Source of the DNA: an uncultured Candidatus Binatia bacterium
GTDB taxonomy: Bacteria > Desulfobacterota > Binatia > Bin18
Assembly (NCBI GenBank): GCA_965214605.1
Contig: OZ243961.1
Span: forward strand, 3,264,001-3,328,000
DNA: 64,000 nt
Reading direction: 5' to 3'
The translations under genes were made by a program, and so were the position numbers. The notes under the pieces are model-generated. The model did not search any database. It was not told where the DNA came from and saw only the letters and a program-made list of their open reading frames with translations. Positions 48,808 through 58,592 of this stretch are shown here, one piece after another; within the stretch, counting starts at the first letter, position 1, and each line of letters starts with the position of its first letter.

Positions 48808-49035
48808 TTAGGCACGGTCAAGAAACGTGTTGAAACGGTTCAGGATTTCCTGGGGAGAATCGACGCCTTGGTGAGCCGAGGTGGCGGTCGACGGCACGGG
48901 CTCGACCGTCCTTGGAGGAAGGGGCTTGGCCAGGCACTGGGACAAAAAAAAGCTCAGGCTGACCATGACAAGCGACCAGCCAATCGGAGAGCCTGTTGCG
49001 CGTGTCCGGCATTTTGTCGCTGGCAGGTTTGACAT
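48808..49035 (-). CDS. Possible small membrane-anchored or exported hypothetical protein (75 aa)
   Basis: One hydrophobic stretch then a Pro-rich linker; stop lies 8 nt before the aat start; no clear RBS. Confidence 0.35.
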   Translation of the reverse strand: MSNLPATKCRTRATGSPIGWSLVMVSLSFFLSQCLAKPLPPRTVEPVPSTATSAHQGVDSPQEILNRFNTFLDRA

Positions 49036-49093
49036 GGGGGAGCACCCTGACCGCTTTTCTCTGTTCTTGTGTCCGATCTGCTTTTCCTCATAC

Positions 49094-49135
49094 TGAGGGC
49101 GGTCTTTTCGTGCAAGAGCGAAAAGACCGCCCTCA
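49094..49135. repeat. Perfect 17-bp inverted repeat just downstream of crcB
   Basis: TGAGGGCGGTCTTTTCG-tgcaagag-CGAAAAGACCGCCCTCA. Confidence 0.85.
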
Positions 49136-49140
49136 CAGGT

Positions 49141-49524
49141 TTATGAGGGCCCGAGTATGCCTCTGACCAGGACGATGCCCAAACTTACGCCGAGCAGCCC
49201 GAGTGCGACACTGCCAATGAGTTTGAAGCTGGCCAACACAAAATTCCCAGCTTGTAAAAGCCCGAGGACCTCATAGGTGTAGGTGGAGAAGGTCGTATAC
49301 GCTCCCAGAAAGCCAACCGCAAAAAAGAGGCGATACGGAGACTGCAGCAGATCGTGATGGCTCAGGACAACCATGAGGCCGCCGAGTAAAAAACTGCCGC
49401 TTATATTGGCAATAAAGGTGCCGTAGGGAAAAGTCGGACCAAAACGCTCAATCGCCCAGTCGGCGAGCAGCGCTCGGGCATTTGCCCCTAGAAATCCGCC
49501 CAAGCCTATCCACATATATTTCAT
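49141..49524 (-). CDS. crcB: Fluoride efflux channel Fluc
   Basis: GGFLGANAR, FPYGTFIANISG, GFLGAYTTFST; start set at MKYMW (49524). Confidence 0.95.
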   Translation of the reverse strand: MKYMWIGLGGFLGANARALLADWAIERFGPTFPYGTFIANISGSFLLGGLMVVLSHHDLLQSPYRLFFAVGFLGAYTTFSTYTYEVLGLLQAGNFVLASFKLIGSVALGLLGVSLGIVLVRGILGPS

Positions 49525-49528
49525 TGAT

Positions 49529-50305
49529 TTAGCTGCTGTGACGAAAAGAAAAACTAATCTCGTGCTTTTTCTGTGGCCCCAACTCGATCCGCTTCTGTTG
49601 CACCCCCAAGCGCTCATGCCAGGCTTCTATCACGTAGACACCCGGCGGCACGTTGACCAAGGAGAAGTTTCCCTCGGCGTCGGTCAGCGCAAAATAGGGA
49701 TGATCAAAAACGGCCACAAAGGCCCGCATCCAGCCGTGAATATCACAGGTGATAGGAATCCTGTTTTCCGGAGTGTGGATGCGAATCGTTCGTGAGGCTC
49801 CTTTGACGCCGAGGCTCAAGTTCCACGGTTGCGCCCGCTGTGGCGAGCTCCGGACGTTATGAGCCATGGGATCGCTATTCAGAAACCGTAGTGGCTGGCC
49901 GACTCGGACGGTGAGAATCCGAGGGATGAACACACAGCCTCTCTGGTCACTATCGACCGGCTCCTCGGGCACGGCAAAGACGCGCTCGCCCAAGCCGTCG
50001 GTGATGGACACCACTGCGTTCTGTAGTTTCCCGTTGTGGACAAGGAGGTCGGCGGCGAGCGGTAGGCCGTCTGGATGTTGGGCGCGGCAGGCCGACCAGC
50101 CGCCGAGCTGTAGCGGGGTTTGGGCCGGGACAGGGCCTTCAAAGCGGACTTGGCCGGAGACGGTTCCCACCCGTGACAGGTCCAGCGGAGTTGGGGTCCG
50201 AGCGGGCGAGGGTGGCGGGTGGTTCTGGCAGGCGCAGAGCGTTACGAGCAGCACCCAGATGCCTGTCCTCAGCGTCCGGAAAGCGGGCTCCATGGCGTCC
50301 TTCAT
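49529..50305 (-). CDS. Lipoprotein with a cupredoxin-like domain inside a carboxypeptidase-regulatory-like beta sandwich
   Basis: Lipobox-like LVTLCAC, DQRGCVFIP, NSDPMAHNV, CDIHGWM, TDAEGNFSL...PPGVY...WHE. Confidence 0.8.
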   Translation of the reverse strand: MKDAMEPAFRTLRTGIWVLLVTLCACQNHPPPSPARTPTPLDLSRVGTVSGQVRFEGPVPAQTPLQLGGWSACRAQHPDGLPLAADLLVHNGKLQNAVVSITDGLGERVFAVPEEPVDSDQRGCVFIPRILTVRVGQPLRFLNSDPMAHNVRSSPQRAQPWNLSLGVKGASRTIRIHTPENRIPITCDIHGWMRAFVAVFDHPYFALTDAEGNFSLVNVPPGVYVIEAWHERLGVQQKRIELGPQKKHEISFSFRHSS

Positions 50306-50326
50306 CGCCCGAGTGTGTGACCGGGC

Positions 50327-51298
50327 TCAGCGCCGTCCGATCTGTACCGCTTCGAGATTGGCGCAGTTAATCGGCGGCTGGCCAGCCCGGATACGGTTCA
50401 CGTTTGCGGCTAGACCGCGCGCGATGTCGTTATACGAGAGGTCTGTCACACCCGCGGTGTGAGGGGTGGCGATAACATTGTACTGAAACAGCGGATCGTC
50501 GGGATCGGTTGGTTCGTCCCAAAACACGTCGAGTCCAGCTCCGGCAATTTGGCCCTGGGCTAAGGCCTCGACGAGGGCATCATGGTCAATGACCGGACCA
50601 CGCGCAACATTGATCACAAAGGCCGTGTCTTTCATCCCGGCAAAGGCTGCCGCATTGAGCATTGCCCGCGTTGCTGGAGTCACCGGTAATGAGAGTATTA
50701 CAAAATCGGCCTGTCCCAAGACCCAGGCGACATCTTTCTGAGCACCAAGAAAATCAAGACCCAGTTCGTTTTTGAGGGCTGCGGACGGGTGTTGTTTAAT
50801 GCCCAGCAGGCGGACCTCAAAGGGCTTGAGGCGCAGGACGAGTTGCCGACCGATACTCCCCATGCCAACAATGGCGACCGTTTTGCCCATCAGCGCCGTG
50901 CCGAGCGGAGCGCCCAAGACACGGTTGTGGAGGCTCTTTTGCGCTTGCGGATAGTGGCGGGCGAGGCTGAGCATCAGAAAGATGGCGTGTTCGGATACCG
51001 ACGCGGCGTTGCCCGCGCCTTCATGGCCCGGAACATTGGCGACGTAGATGCCGCGTCGGGTCGCGGCAGGAATATCCACCCCCTCAATACCGACGCCAAA
51101 TTGGTTGATCAGCCTCGCTGAGGTGTTGTCAATCACCCTGGCATCCACCCGATACATAGCCGGGACCAACACGTCTGCCTCGGCCGCCCTTTCCACAACC
51201 TGCTCGGCCGGACAGGCGATGATCGTGTCGTCGGGCAGATGTTTGCGCAACACTTCGGCACAGTGCGGAAAATGGGTGGTGCAGATCATCACCTTCAT
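50327..51298 (-). CDS. D-isomer-specific 2-hydroxyacid dehydrogenase
   Basis: GVGIEGVD, GMGSIG, INVARG, LDVFWDEP, TPHTAG. Confidence 0.92.
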   Translation of the reverse strand: MKVMICTTHFPHCAEVLRKHLPDDTIIACPAEQVVERAAEADVLVPAMYRVDARVIDNTSARLINQFGVGIEGVDIPAATRRGIYVANVPGHEGAGNAASVSEHAIFLMLSLARHYPQAQKSLHNRVLGAPLGTALMGKTVAIVGMGSIGRQLVLRLKPFEVRLLGIKQHPSAALKNELGLDFLGAQKDVAWVLGQADFVILSLPVTPATRAMLNAAAFAGMKDTAFVINVARGPVIDHDALVEALAQGQIAGAGLDVFWDEPTDPDDPLFQYNVIATPHTAGVTDLSYNDIARGLAANVNRIRAGQPPINCANLEAVQIGRR

Positions 51299-51308
51299 GC
51301 GCTGAGGT

Positions 51309-52280
51309 TCACTCCTCCCGGACCGCATTCATGACCTTGGCAATATCAAGCACGCGTGGGCCGTCCCAGGTCAGTTCGACTTCCCAGGCGTCGTCGGCGG
51401 TGACCGGAATCTCACGCTCTCCGTCCAGAGCGAGGATGGACGGCTTGAAGATGACCGGAGCGCGGTCGCCAATCTGCATACGGGTGTGGTGTTGAACGCC
51501 GACCGAGGTGACGAGCCCTGGTGCGATAGCTGCCGTGACCGCCCTTCCGCCGTCTCCGAGTTGCAGACGCAGCCCTGCGGCTTCATCGGGCCGGACGGGG
51601 TCGAGCATACCGCCAATTGAAGCCATGCCAATGTTGGTCGGCTGACCCTGAGTCAGAAAGAGTTCTTTGAGGCGGGCGACTTCCCATAGCGCCCGTGCAC
51701 CAACAAACTGATAGTCACAGACCGCGACATCGATCAGGGCGACATCGTCAAAGGCGCCGTTGCGGTAGAGATTGAGGCGTTTTGTCGGAAATGAGAATTC
51801 GTGGTGAGAGAGTCCCCGAGCCGCATAATAGCCGGCCGCCATACCAGCTAGGGTGGACTCAACAAAACGCGGAAACGCGTTATTGGTCCCTGTAGACAGA
51901 GGAATGAGGGGCATGGAGTCACATCCCTTGGTAACCACCCGGTTCGTGCCGTCTCCGCCCAGGACGATCGCACAGGCCACTCCCTGGTCTCGCATGAGGG
52001 CGGCCGCCCGCGTTGAGTCGGCCGCCTCGTCGTAGACCGACATGTCTAGCATACGGACGCGGGATTTTCTGGTGCCCTCAATGCCGGCCAAGGCTTTTGG
52101 ACCGATTGAGGCCGGGTCGGGGAAAAAAACGATCTCGTCCACCCCGGCCCCCTCTAGGCCGAGAACGGCCCGGCGGACAATGTAGACCTTTTCCTGGGTG
52201 TCGAGGACCGAGCCATGGGCGACCAGGCGACGGATGTCTTTTCCTGCCCGCGGATTTGCAATGATGCCAACAGCACTCAT
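51309..52280 (-). CDS. acoX: AcoX-like ATP-NAD kinase family protein
   Basis: GIIANPRAGKDIRRLV, LGGDGTNR, STGTNNAFP, ALDGERE; adjacent to acoAB. Confidence 0.88.
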   Translation of the reverse strand: MSAVGIIANPRAGKDIRRLVAHGSVLDTQEKVYIVRRAVLGLEGAGVDEIVFFPDPASIGPKALAGIEGTRKSRVRMLDMSVYDEAADSTRAAALMRDQGVACAIVLGGDGTNRVVTKGCDSMPLIPLSTGTNNAFPRFVESTLAGMAAGYYAARGLSHHEFSFPTKRLNLYRNGAFDDVALIDVAVCDYQFVGARALWEVARLKELFLTQGQPTNIGMASIGGMLDPVRPDEAAGLRLQLGDGGRAVTAAIAPGLVTSVGVQHHTRMQIGDRAPVIFKPSILALDGEREIPVTADDAWEVELTWDGPRVLDIAKVMNAVREE

Positions 52281-52308
52281 AAACGGTGGAGGCTGAGCCC
52301 CTGAGTCC

Positions 52309-53322
52309 TCAGAACAGCGTCAGAGCGGCTTCGGTGACCTTGGCCGCGTTCGGCAAATAGTGGTCTTCCAAAGTCGGGCTAAATGGCACCGGCGTATGCG
52401 GCGCGCTGACGGTTTTAATCGGCGCGTTGAGGAAATCAAAGCCCTTATCGGCGACAACGGCTGCAATATCCCTGGCGATGTTACACCGTGGGTGTGACTC
52501 GTCGACGACGACGAGGCGACCGGTCTTTTCGACCGAGTCCAACACCGTCTGCTCGTCAAAGGGTGACAAGGTATGGGGATCGATGACCTCGGCACTCCTA
52601 CCCTGCTTTTGCAGCTCTTCGGCCGCTTGGAGTGCGTGGTGAACCATTTTTCCGATCGCGACGATGGTCACGGCGTCGCCTTCCCGTTTAATGTCGGCCT
52701 TGCCCAAAGGAATCGTGTACGGCTCTTCAGGCACTGGCCCTTTGAAGCCACCCAGCGTGATATCTTCAAAAAAGATCACAAGATCGTTGTCCCGAATCGA
52801 TGAAATGAGCAGCCCTTTGGCGTCGTACGGAGTGGCTGGCACCACAGTTTTTACGCCCGGAATATGGGTGAAGAGCGAATAGAGGACCTGGGAGTGTTGG
52901 GCGGCAGCCCGAAAGCCTCCGCCACAGATGGTACGGATGACGAGGGGGACCTCGGCCTTGCCGCCAAACATATAACGCAGCTTGGCACCCTGATTCAGAA
53001 TCTGGTCAAAGCACACACCCATAAACCCGACAAACATCATCTCAGCGATTGGCCGCAACCCGGTGGCGGCGGCCCCCACCGCGGCTCCAATAAAGCCCGA
53101 CTCACTGATCGGGGTATCGAGAATACGGTCGCGGCCAAACTCTTGGACGAGACCCTTGGTGACGCCGAGCACCCCTCCCCACGCGTCCTCCCCCTGCAAG
53201 TGCTCCACGTCCGCCCCGCCAGCGACGTCTTCGCCGAGCAAGATGACTTTGGGGTCGCGTTGCATCTCCTGTCGCATTGCCTCGTTGAGTGCCTGATTAA
53301 AATTGAGCTGTCTTTCGGCCAT
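52309..53322 (-). CDS. acoB: Acetoin dehydrogenase-like E1 beta subunit
   Basis: DAWGGVLGVTKGL, DTPISES, KLRYMFGGKA, RAAAQHSQ, HTPVPFSP. Confidence 0.9.
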   Translation of the reverse strand: MAERQLNFNQALNEAMRQEMQRDPKVILLGEDVAGGADVEHLQGEDAWGGVLGVTKGLVQEFGRDRILDTPISESGFIGAAVGAAATGLRPIAEMMFVGFMGVCFDQILNQGAKLRYMFGGKAEVPLVIRTICGGGFRAAAQHSQVLYSLFTHIPGVKTVVPATPYDAKGLLISSIRDNDLVIFFEDITLGGFKGPVPEEPYTIPLGKADIKREGDAVTIVAIGKMVHHALQAAEELQKQGRSAEVIDPHTLSPFDEQTVLDSVEKTGRLVVVDESHPRCNIARDIAAVVADKGFDFLNAPIKTVSAPHTPVPFSPTLEDHYLPNAAKVTEAALTLF

Positions 53323-53391
53323 GATGGTCCCCTCCGGCAAGAAAGCGTGCAGCGGTCGGCAGTGAGCAGCCCAGACCGCTGGGCACACTTT

Positions 53392-54360
53392 TTAGTAAGT
53401 GACATACACGTCGGTAAAGGTTTCCGCGACATCCGGAAACGGACTGTCTTCGGCAAACCGGACGGCGCCTTCGATTTGGGCTTCGACCCGCTCGTCAATA
53501 GCTTTGAGCTCGTCTTCGGTAACAAGCTGGCGGGACAGGACGCTTTCCTTGAAGAGGGCGATCGGATCCTTCTCGGATTGATATTTTTCGTTTTCCTCGG
53601 CAATTTTGTAAGTCTGCTGATCGCCCTCGTAATGACCGTAGAAACGATAGGTTTTACACTCAAGAAGCGTTGGGCCCTGCCCTGAGCGGGCCCGCGCCAC
53701 CGCTTGAGAAGTCGCTTCGTGGACGGCGAAGATGTCGTTGCCGTCGAGGCTGACGCCGGGCATGTTATAGGCCGCCGCGCGGTCGGCGATGTTTTCGACA
53801 CTGCAGTGGTAATGGGCAGGCGTGGACTCGGCGTAGCCGTTATTTTCGGCAACAAAGATGACCGGCAGTTTCCAGATGGCGGCGAGGTTCAGGCTCTCGT
53901 GCAGCGTGCCTTGCTCGGAGGCGCCGTCGCCAAAAAAGCAAATCGTGACCTGATCGGTCTTGTTGGTCTTGGCGGTTAGACCCGAGCCGCAGGCCAGTGG
54001 TGGGCCGCCGCCAACAATACCGTTGGCGCCTAGCATGCCCTTGTCCATATCCGCGATATGCATGGAGCCACCCTTGCCTTTACACGTGCCGGTGGCTTTA
54101 CCAAACAATTCTGCCATCATGCCGCGTGGATCAACGCCCTTGGCTAGGCAGTGGCCGTGTCCGCGGTGGGTTGAGGTCATGTAATCTCTCTCGGTGAGAT
54201 TGGCACAAATGCCAACCGCGACGGCTTCTTCGCCGGCGTACAGGTGGACGAAGCCAGGAATCTTGCCTTTGCCAAACTCAAGCTTTACCCGGTTTTCAAA
54301 CCCCCGGATGAGCTGCATGCGCTCGTACATCCACACCAATTGCTCTTTGCTGAGTTCCAT
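53392..54360 (-). CDS. acoA: Acetoin dehydrogenase-like E1 alpha subunit
   Basis: IPGFVHLYAGEEA, STHRGHGH, GKGGSMH, FGDGA...ENN, YGHYEGD; RBS AAGGAGG. Confidence 0.92.
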   Translation of the reverse strand: MELSKEQLVWMYERMQLIRGFENRVKLEFGKGKIPGFVHLYAGEEAVAVGICANLTERDYMTSTHRGHGHCLAKGVDPRGMMAELFGKATGTCKGKGGSMHIADMDKGMLGANGIVGGGPPLACGSGLTAKTNKTDQVTICFFGDGASEQGTLHESLNLAAIWKLPVIFVAENNGYAESTPAHYHCSVENIADRAAAYNMPGVSLDGNDIFAVHEATSQAVARARSGQGPTLLECKTYRFYGHYEGDQQTYKIAEENEKYQSEKDPIALFKESVLSRQLVTEDELKAIDERVEAQIEGAVRFAEDSPFPDVAETFTDVYVTY

Positions 54361-54625
54361 GCTGCCTCCTTATTGGCGCCCCTCAGTCGTCATGATAGAG
54401 GGCTGCCTGGCTTCATAGCACGAAATACGAAGGGGGGGAACACAAGAGGCTGGCGTCGCTCCCAAAGTTGGTAGCCTGGCATCAAGAGTTGGCAGGGCGG
54501 CGTTTGGCCCCGACTTGGGGCGCTCAACAGCCAGGGGGGAGCAGCACTTAGAACGCAACGGGGGAAGAGCTGCGCAGAGGCGACGCGGATCGCGGCGGTC
54601 GGCCTCGACACAACATCATCCCACA

Positions 54626-56008
54626 TCACTCTTCTTGCGACAGCCGATAGGCGGTGCCCTCAGTCATCTGATGGACGTTATAGTTCCACTCGCCCATCCA
54701 CTTCTCGACCACCGTATAGGCCGGACACTGGCCGCGGGCGATTTCTTCCCGCAGGCGTTCGAGGTACAGCGTCTCGTTTTCTCCGTCTTCATTGACGTCG
54801 TTTTGGCGTTCTAGGCCTTCCCAGGCAATTGAGACCAGCTCACTGGCATACTCGTGCAACCGGATACCTTGGACCCGGACGCCGAGGGCTTCTCGGTGGG
54901 CGGCTTTATAGGCGGCGAGCCGTTCTTCCCAGCTCCACTTTTTGACCAGATCCCAGGCCGCCCACAGCGGGTCATTGTCGTAGAAAATGCCTTTACACAA
55001 CGCAGGTACGGCCAACATCAGCTCATAGGGTTGGCTATCAAAACAGCGCAGCTCAAGGTAGCGCTTGATGCGTACCTCGGGGAAGAGCGTGGTGAGGTGT
55101 TGGTGCCAATCTTCGAGGGTGGCCCGGTGTCCGTCGTGACCGTGCTCAAGATAGTGCCGAAATGGAATACCGGTCATGTCGATCCATTGACCCTGCCGGA
55201 CAATAAAATACATTGGGACGTTCAGGGCATACTCAGTATAGTCTTCAAAACCGGCCTGATCGGAAAAGGCAAAGGGCAGCAGACCGCACCGGCGTGGGTC
55301 GGTTTTGGTCCACACATGGCTGCGCATGCTCATATAGCCGTTCAGTTTGCCGTCCGAGAAGGGCGAGTTGGCAAACATGGCGCTCAGAATTGGGACTAGG
55401 CCCATGCCGACCTTAAACTTGGTCATCGCGTCGGTCTCATCGCTGAAATCGAAGTTGACCTGCACGGAGGCCGTTTGTTTCATCATCCGATGGCCCAGCG
55501 TACCAACCTGATCCATATAGGGAGCCATGAAATGATAGCGCGTCTTGGGAATCCACTGAATATCGCTGAGGGGACTGAGCGGCTGCATGCCGAGATTCAA
55601 AAAGTCGAGTTCGAGGGCGTCCCCAGCCGCTAAGAGATGTTCGAAGTAGTTTTGTAACTCGGCAGACGTCCCGTGAATGGTTTTACACTGCTCGCCCGAC
55701 AGTTCGACCTGAGCCCCGGGCTCAAGGGTGATATTGGCCCGTTCGCCGCGCAGGGCAATCACATGGCCCTCTTCCTCCTGTGGCTCCCAACCCAGCGAGT
55801 CGGATAGCCGGAACAGGAGGCGTTCAATGCCTCGGTTTGTTGAGTAGCGGGCAGCTCTGCCGCTGCGGCGCGATACGCCGACCATTTCGTATTCCGTGCC
55901 GATGCGCCAGTCTTGGCGCAGTTTTCCGGCTTGGTAGAAGTAATCAGTGAGTTGGGATTGGTGCTCGACGACCTGTTCGGCGTCAGGTCCCTCGACGTAT
56001 TGCGACAT
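54626..56008 (-). CDS. gshA: Glutamate--cysteine ligase (GCS2, plant/alphaproteobacterial type)
   Basis: IGTEYE, TLEPGAQVELSG, PKTRY, QVNFD, FANSPF, VPMYF, HLTTLFPEVR...ELR. Confidence 0.9.
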   Translation of the reverse strand: MSQYVEGPDAEQVVEHQSQLTDYFYQAGKLRQDWRIGTEYEMVGVSRRSGRAARYSTNRGIERLLFRLSDSLGWEPQEEEGHVIALRGERANITLEPGAQVELSGEQCKTIHGTSAELQNYFEHLLAAGDALELDFLNLGMQPLSPLSDIQWIPKTRYHFMAPYMDQVGTLGHRMMKQTASVQVNFDFSDETDAMTKFKVGMGLVPILSAMFANSPFSDGKLNGYMSMRSHVWTKTDPRRCGLLPFAFSDQAGFEDYTEYALNVPMYFIVRQGQWIDMTGIPFRHYLEHGHDGHRATLEDWHQHLTTLFPEVRIKRYLELRCFDSQPYELMLAVPALCKGIFYDNDPLWAAWDLVKKWSWEERLAAYKAAHREALGVRVQGIRLHEYASELVSIAWEGLERQNDVNEDGENETLYLERLREEIARGQCPAYTVVEKWMGEWNYNVHQMTEGTAYRLSQEE

Positions 56009-56137
56009 GCGTCCCCCTTAACACGGCTCTCTGCCCGCCCCCAAAGCGGCCTTAGAGTAGCAAACACACTTGCTAAGGCAAGGGGTTTTTGCCGGGGAGG
56101 GGCTGCTTACAGAGGAGGGGAAAGGTAGTATCGGTGG

Positions 56138-56953
56138 ATGCCGAGGGATTCTATGCCCGAGAGAGCGTTGGCCCTAGACCGGTGGGAAGAGCTGGTGTCC
56201 CGCCTGCGCCAGAAACGCCCGGCCGTTTTCCTGGATTATGACGGCACCTTAACGCCTATTGTTGCGCGGCCAGAGCTGGCGGTGTTGGCTGAGGAGATGC
56301 GCCGGACGGTTCGGACGCTTGCTGCTCGTTGTCCGGTTGCCATTGTCAGTGGTCGGGACCGGATCGATGTCCAACGTCTCGTCGGTATTGAGGGGCTGAT
56401 TTACGCTGGGAGCCACGGTTTTGATATTGCCGGCCCGCCGAGTATGGGCCTGACCTATGAACAGGGCCACGGTTTTTTGGCCAGTCTAGATCGGGTTGAG
56501 CACGATCTCCGCCGGTTCTTGTCGGGGATTGATGGGGTACGCGTGGAGCGTAAGAAGTTCTCTCTTGCGCTCCACTTTCGTGAGGCTGCGCGTCAACACG
56601 CGGCGCGCGTAGAGCCGATTGTTGACGCGGTGTTAGGCCGTTACCCAGAGTTGCGCAAGGGCCTGGGAAAAAAGGTCTTTGAGCTGCGGCCAGCCATTGA
56701 TTGGCATAAGGGCAAGGCTGTGTTGTGGCTGTTGGACGCGTTGGGATTTACCGGGACGGAGGCTTTGCCGGTGTGCATTGGTGATGATGTGACGGATGAG
56801 GACGCGTTTAGCGCTGTGGCTGGACGTGGCCTTGGGATTCTGGTGGCAGAGGCGCCACGGGTGAGTGCGGCTGACTACCGGCTCAAGAGTCCGGCTGAGG
56901 TCCAGATTTTTCTCCAAAAATTCGCCACCGTGCTTGATCTGAAGGATGATTGA
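56138..56953 (+). CDS. otsB: Trehalose-6-phosphate phosphatase
   Basis: [42 protein letters not shown]. Confidence 0.93.
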   Translation: MPRDSMPERALALDRWEELVSRLRQKRPAVFLDYDGTLTPIVARPELAVLAEEMRRTVRTLAARCPVAIVSGRDRIDVQRLVGIEGLIYAGSHGFDIAGPPSMGLTYEQGHGFLASLDRVEHDLRRFLSGIDGVRVERKKFSLALHFREAARQHAARVEPIVDAVLGRYPELRKGLGKKVFELRPAIDWHKGKAVLWLLDALGFTGTEALPVCIGDDVTDEDAFSAVAGRGLGILVAEAPRVSAADYRLKSPAEVQIFLQKFATVLDLKDD

Positions 56954-57231
56954 CCACGACCGCTCCCTCGGGCAAGGGCTCAGTGACCTGTTCTCCTCTG
57001 TTGCAGATTGCGTGGGAGTCGGCGGCGGGTGAGGAAAAGAGGGACCATAAGGACCCTCCCGCTCCGAGGTCTTGGGACCGGGAGAACGCTAGTGGCAAAC
57101 GGGAGGTGTTGTGGGGGGAGAGTGGGGGACGTAGGGAGAGCGTAGCCTTGTAGGCGGCACTACCGCCGCTGACACCTAAGACGAGAGGGGGGGACATAGG
57201 GAGAGGTAGGGATTGCTCCTCCTGCGGCGGC

Positions 57232-57963
57232 CTAGGCTGACAGGGCGTTAATTTCTTCTTCAGCCAACTGGTGAATGTCCGAAAAATTGGGCAGGCGCTC
57301 TTTGCTGACAAGGAAAACGGCTCGAGTGCCAAGTGGGACAATCATGAACCCATCCCGCTGACTGATGCCTGGTAAGGAGCGTTTCCAGCGCCGTGAGACA
57401 AAAATTGAGACCTCCTCAGCCCGCCGCCGATAAACGAGTTGGACAAAGACTTGCCGGAGCGGATGGCTGACCCGTGCCCGGACAAAGTGGAATCCGACCG
57501 GGCTGAGGTTGGGGGAATCAAGCAACCCTTCTTGGCGCAACACATCTTTGAGGCTGTCGGGGTCAAGCCAGGGCAGGGAAAAGGTACTGTTGTCGTTCAG
57601 CCAGGTTTCGTGCACGAGCGCGCGGCTAAACGCTCGGGCTTCTGGATCGTACGGGGCTGAGAAAAGCTGTTGACCAACGACGAGGAAAAGTATGGCGGCG
57701 GCGGCCACCCCAACGCCGCGCCAGCGTCGGAGCCAGGTCCACGGCGCACCCAGAGCAATCACGGAGTCCCGCAGCTTGTCACTCACCTCGACCGGGCTCT
57801 GTCCGGCCTCCTTGAGACGCATGTCGAGCTGCTGCATGTCTTGCAGCTCCTGCTGACAGGCCGGGCAGGCGTCGAGATGGTCGGCCACAGGAAAGGTGTC
57901 GCGAGCGCTGAGTTCGTTATCAAGGAACGGGCTTAGGAGTTTGTGAATTTCTCTACAGTCCAT
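57232..57963 (-). CDS. Zinc-finger (zf-HC2) transmembrane anti-sigma factor
   Basis: MDC...LDNEL...HLDACPAC followed by one TM helix; overlaps the sigma gene. Confidence 0.88.
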   Translation of the reverse strand: MDCREIHKLLSPFLDNELSARDTFPVADHLDACPACQQELQDMQQLDMRLKEAGQSPVEVSDKLRDSVIALGAPWTWLRRWRGVGVAAAAILFLVVGQQLFSAPYDPEARAFSRALVHETWLNDNSTFSLPWLDPDSLKDVLRQEGLLDSPNLSPVGFHFVRARVSHPLRQVFVQLVYRRRAEEVSIFVSRRWKRSLPGISQRDGFMIVPLGTRAVFLVSKERLPNFSDIHQLAEEEINALSA

Positions 57964-58504
57964 GGCCAGATGTTCCCCTTTTATTCGGTATGGTGGGGTC
58001 GGTTAAAAGACGACGCAGTTCGCGTCTGGCCCGGTACAGCCGCGACATAACGGTTCCGATTGGAATATCAAGCATCTGAGCGATCTCTTTATAAGCAAAT
58101 CCTTCAACCACGACCAGCCATAACACCTGTCGAAATTGAGGAGCCAAGTGGCTGACGGCGGTAAGAATATCCTGGCTCTCGCCCCCGCTCCTGTCTTCTC
58201 TGCCTGAGGGGAACAGAGCGACGACTTTTGAGGAAGAGTCAATGTCTTCGGCGCCGAGTAAGGGGTCACGACGTTTTTTCCTGGCCGTTTTCTTTAAGAC
58301 GTTCAGAAGAATCTTAAACAACCAGGCCCGACAGTTTGTGTCCGGTGTATAGGTTTGAAAGGAACGCCAAGCGCGCAAATACGTCTCCTGGACCGCGTCT
58401 TCTGCGCGCGCGCGGTCCCCGCTCAGCCGCAGGGCGGTGCGCATGAGGGTATCAAAATGCGGAATGGCTTCCTTCTCAAAGGAGGCTTTTCTGAGCACGC
58501 GCAC
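57953..58504 (-). CDS. ECF sigma-70 family factor
   Basis: AEDAVQETYLRAW, RAWLFKIL, YKEIAQMLDIPIGTVMSRLYRAR. Confidence 0.95.
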   Translation of the reverse strand: MRVLRKASFEKEAIPHFDTLMRTALRLSGDRARAEDAVQETYLRAWRSFQTYTPDTNCRAWLFKILLNVLKKTARKKRRDPLLGAEDIDSSSKVVALFPSGREDRSGGESQDILTAVSHLAPQFRQVLWLVVVEGFAYKEIAQMLDIPIGTVMSRLYRARRELRRLLTDPTIPNKRGTSGHGL

Positions 58505-58592
58505 TTTCTCCTAGAAAAAACCTGCTACCTTAGTACAATGAGAACACGCCAGACTTTATTCCCCTGTCCCCTCCCTGTTGGCTAAGACGGGG

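Noticed and set aside
54361-54625. Sigma54 promoter for the aco genes
   Set aside because: No TGGCAC-N5-TTGC on the minus strand and no acoR nearby.
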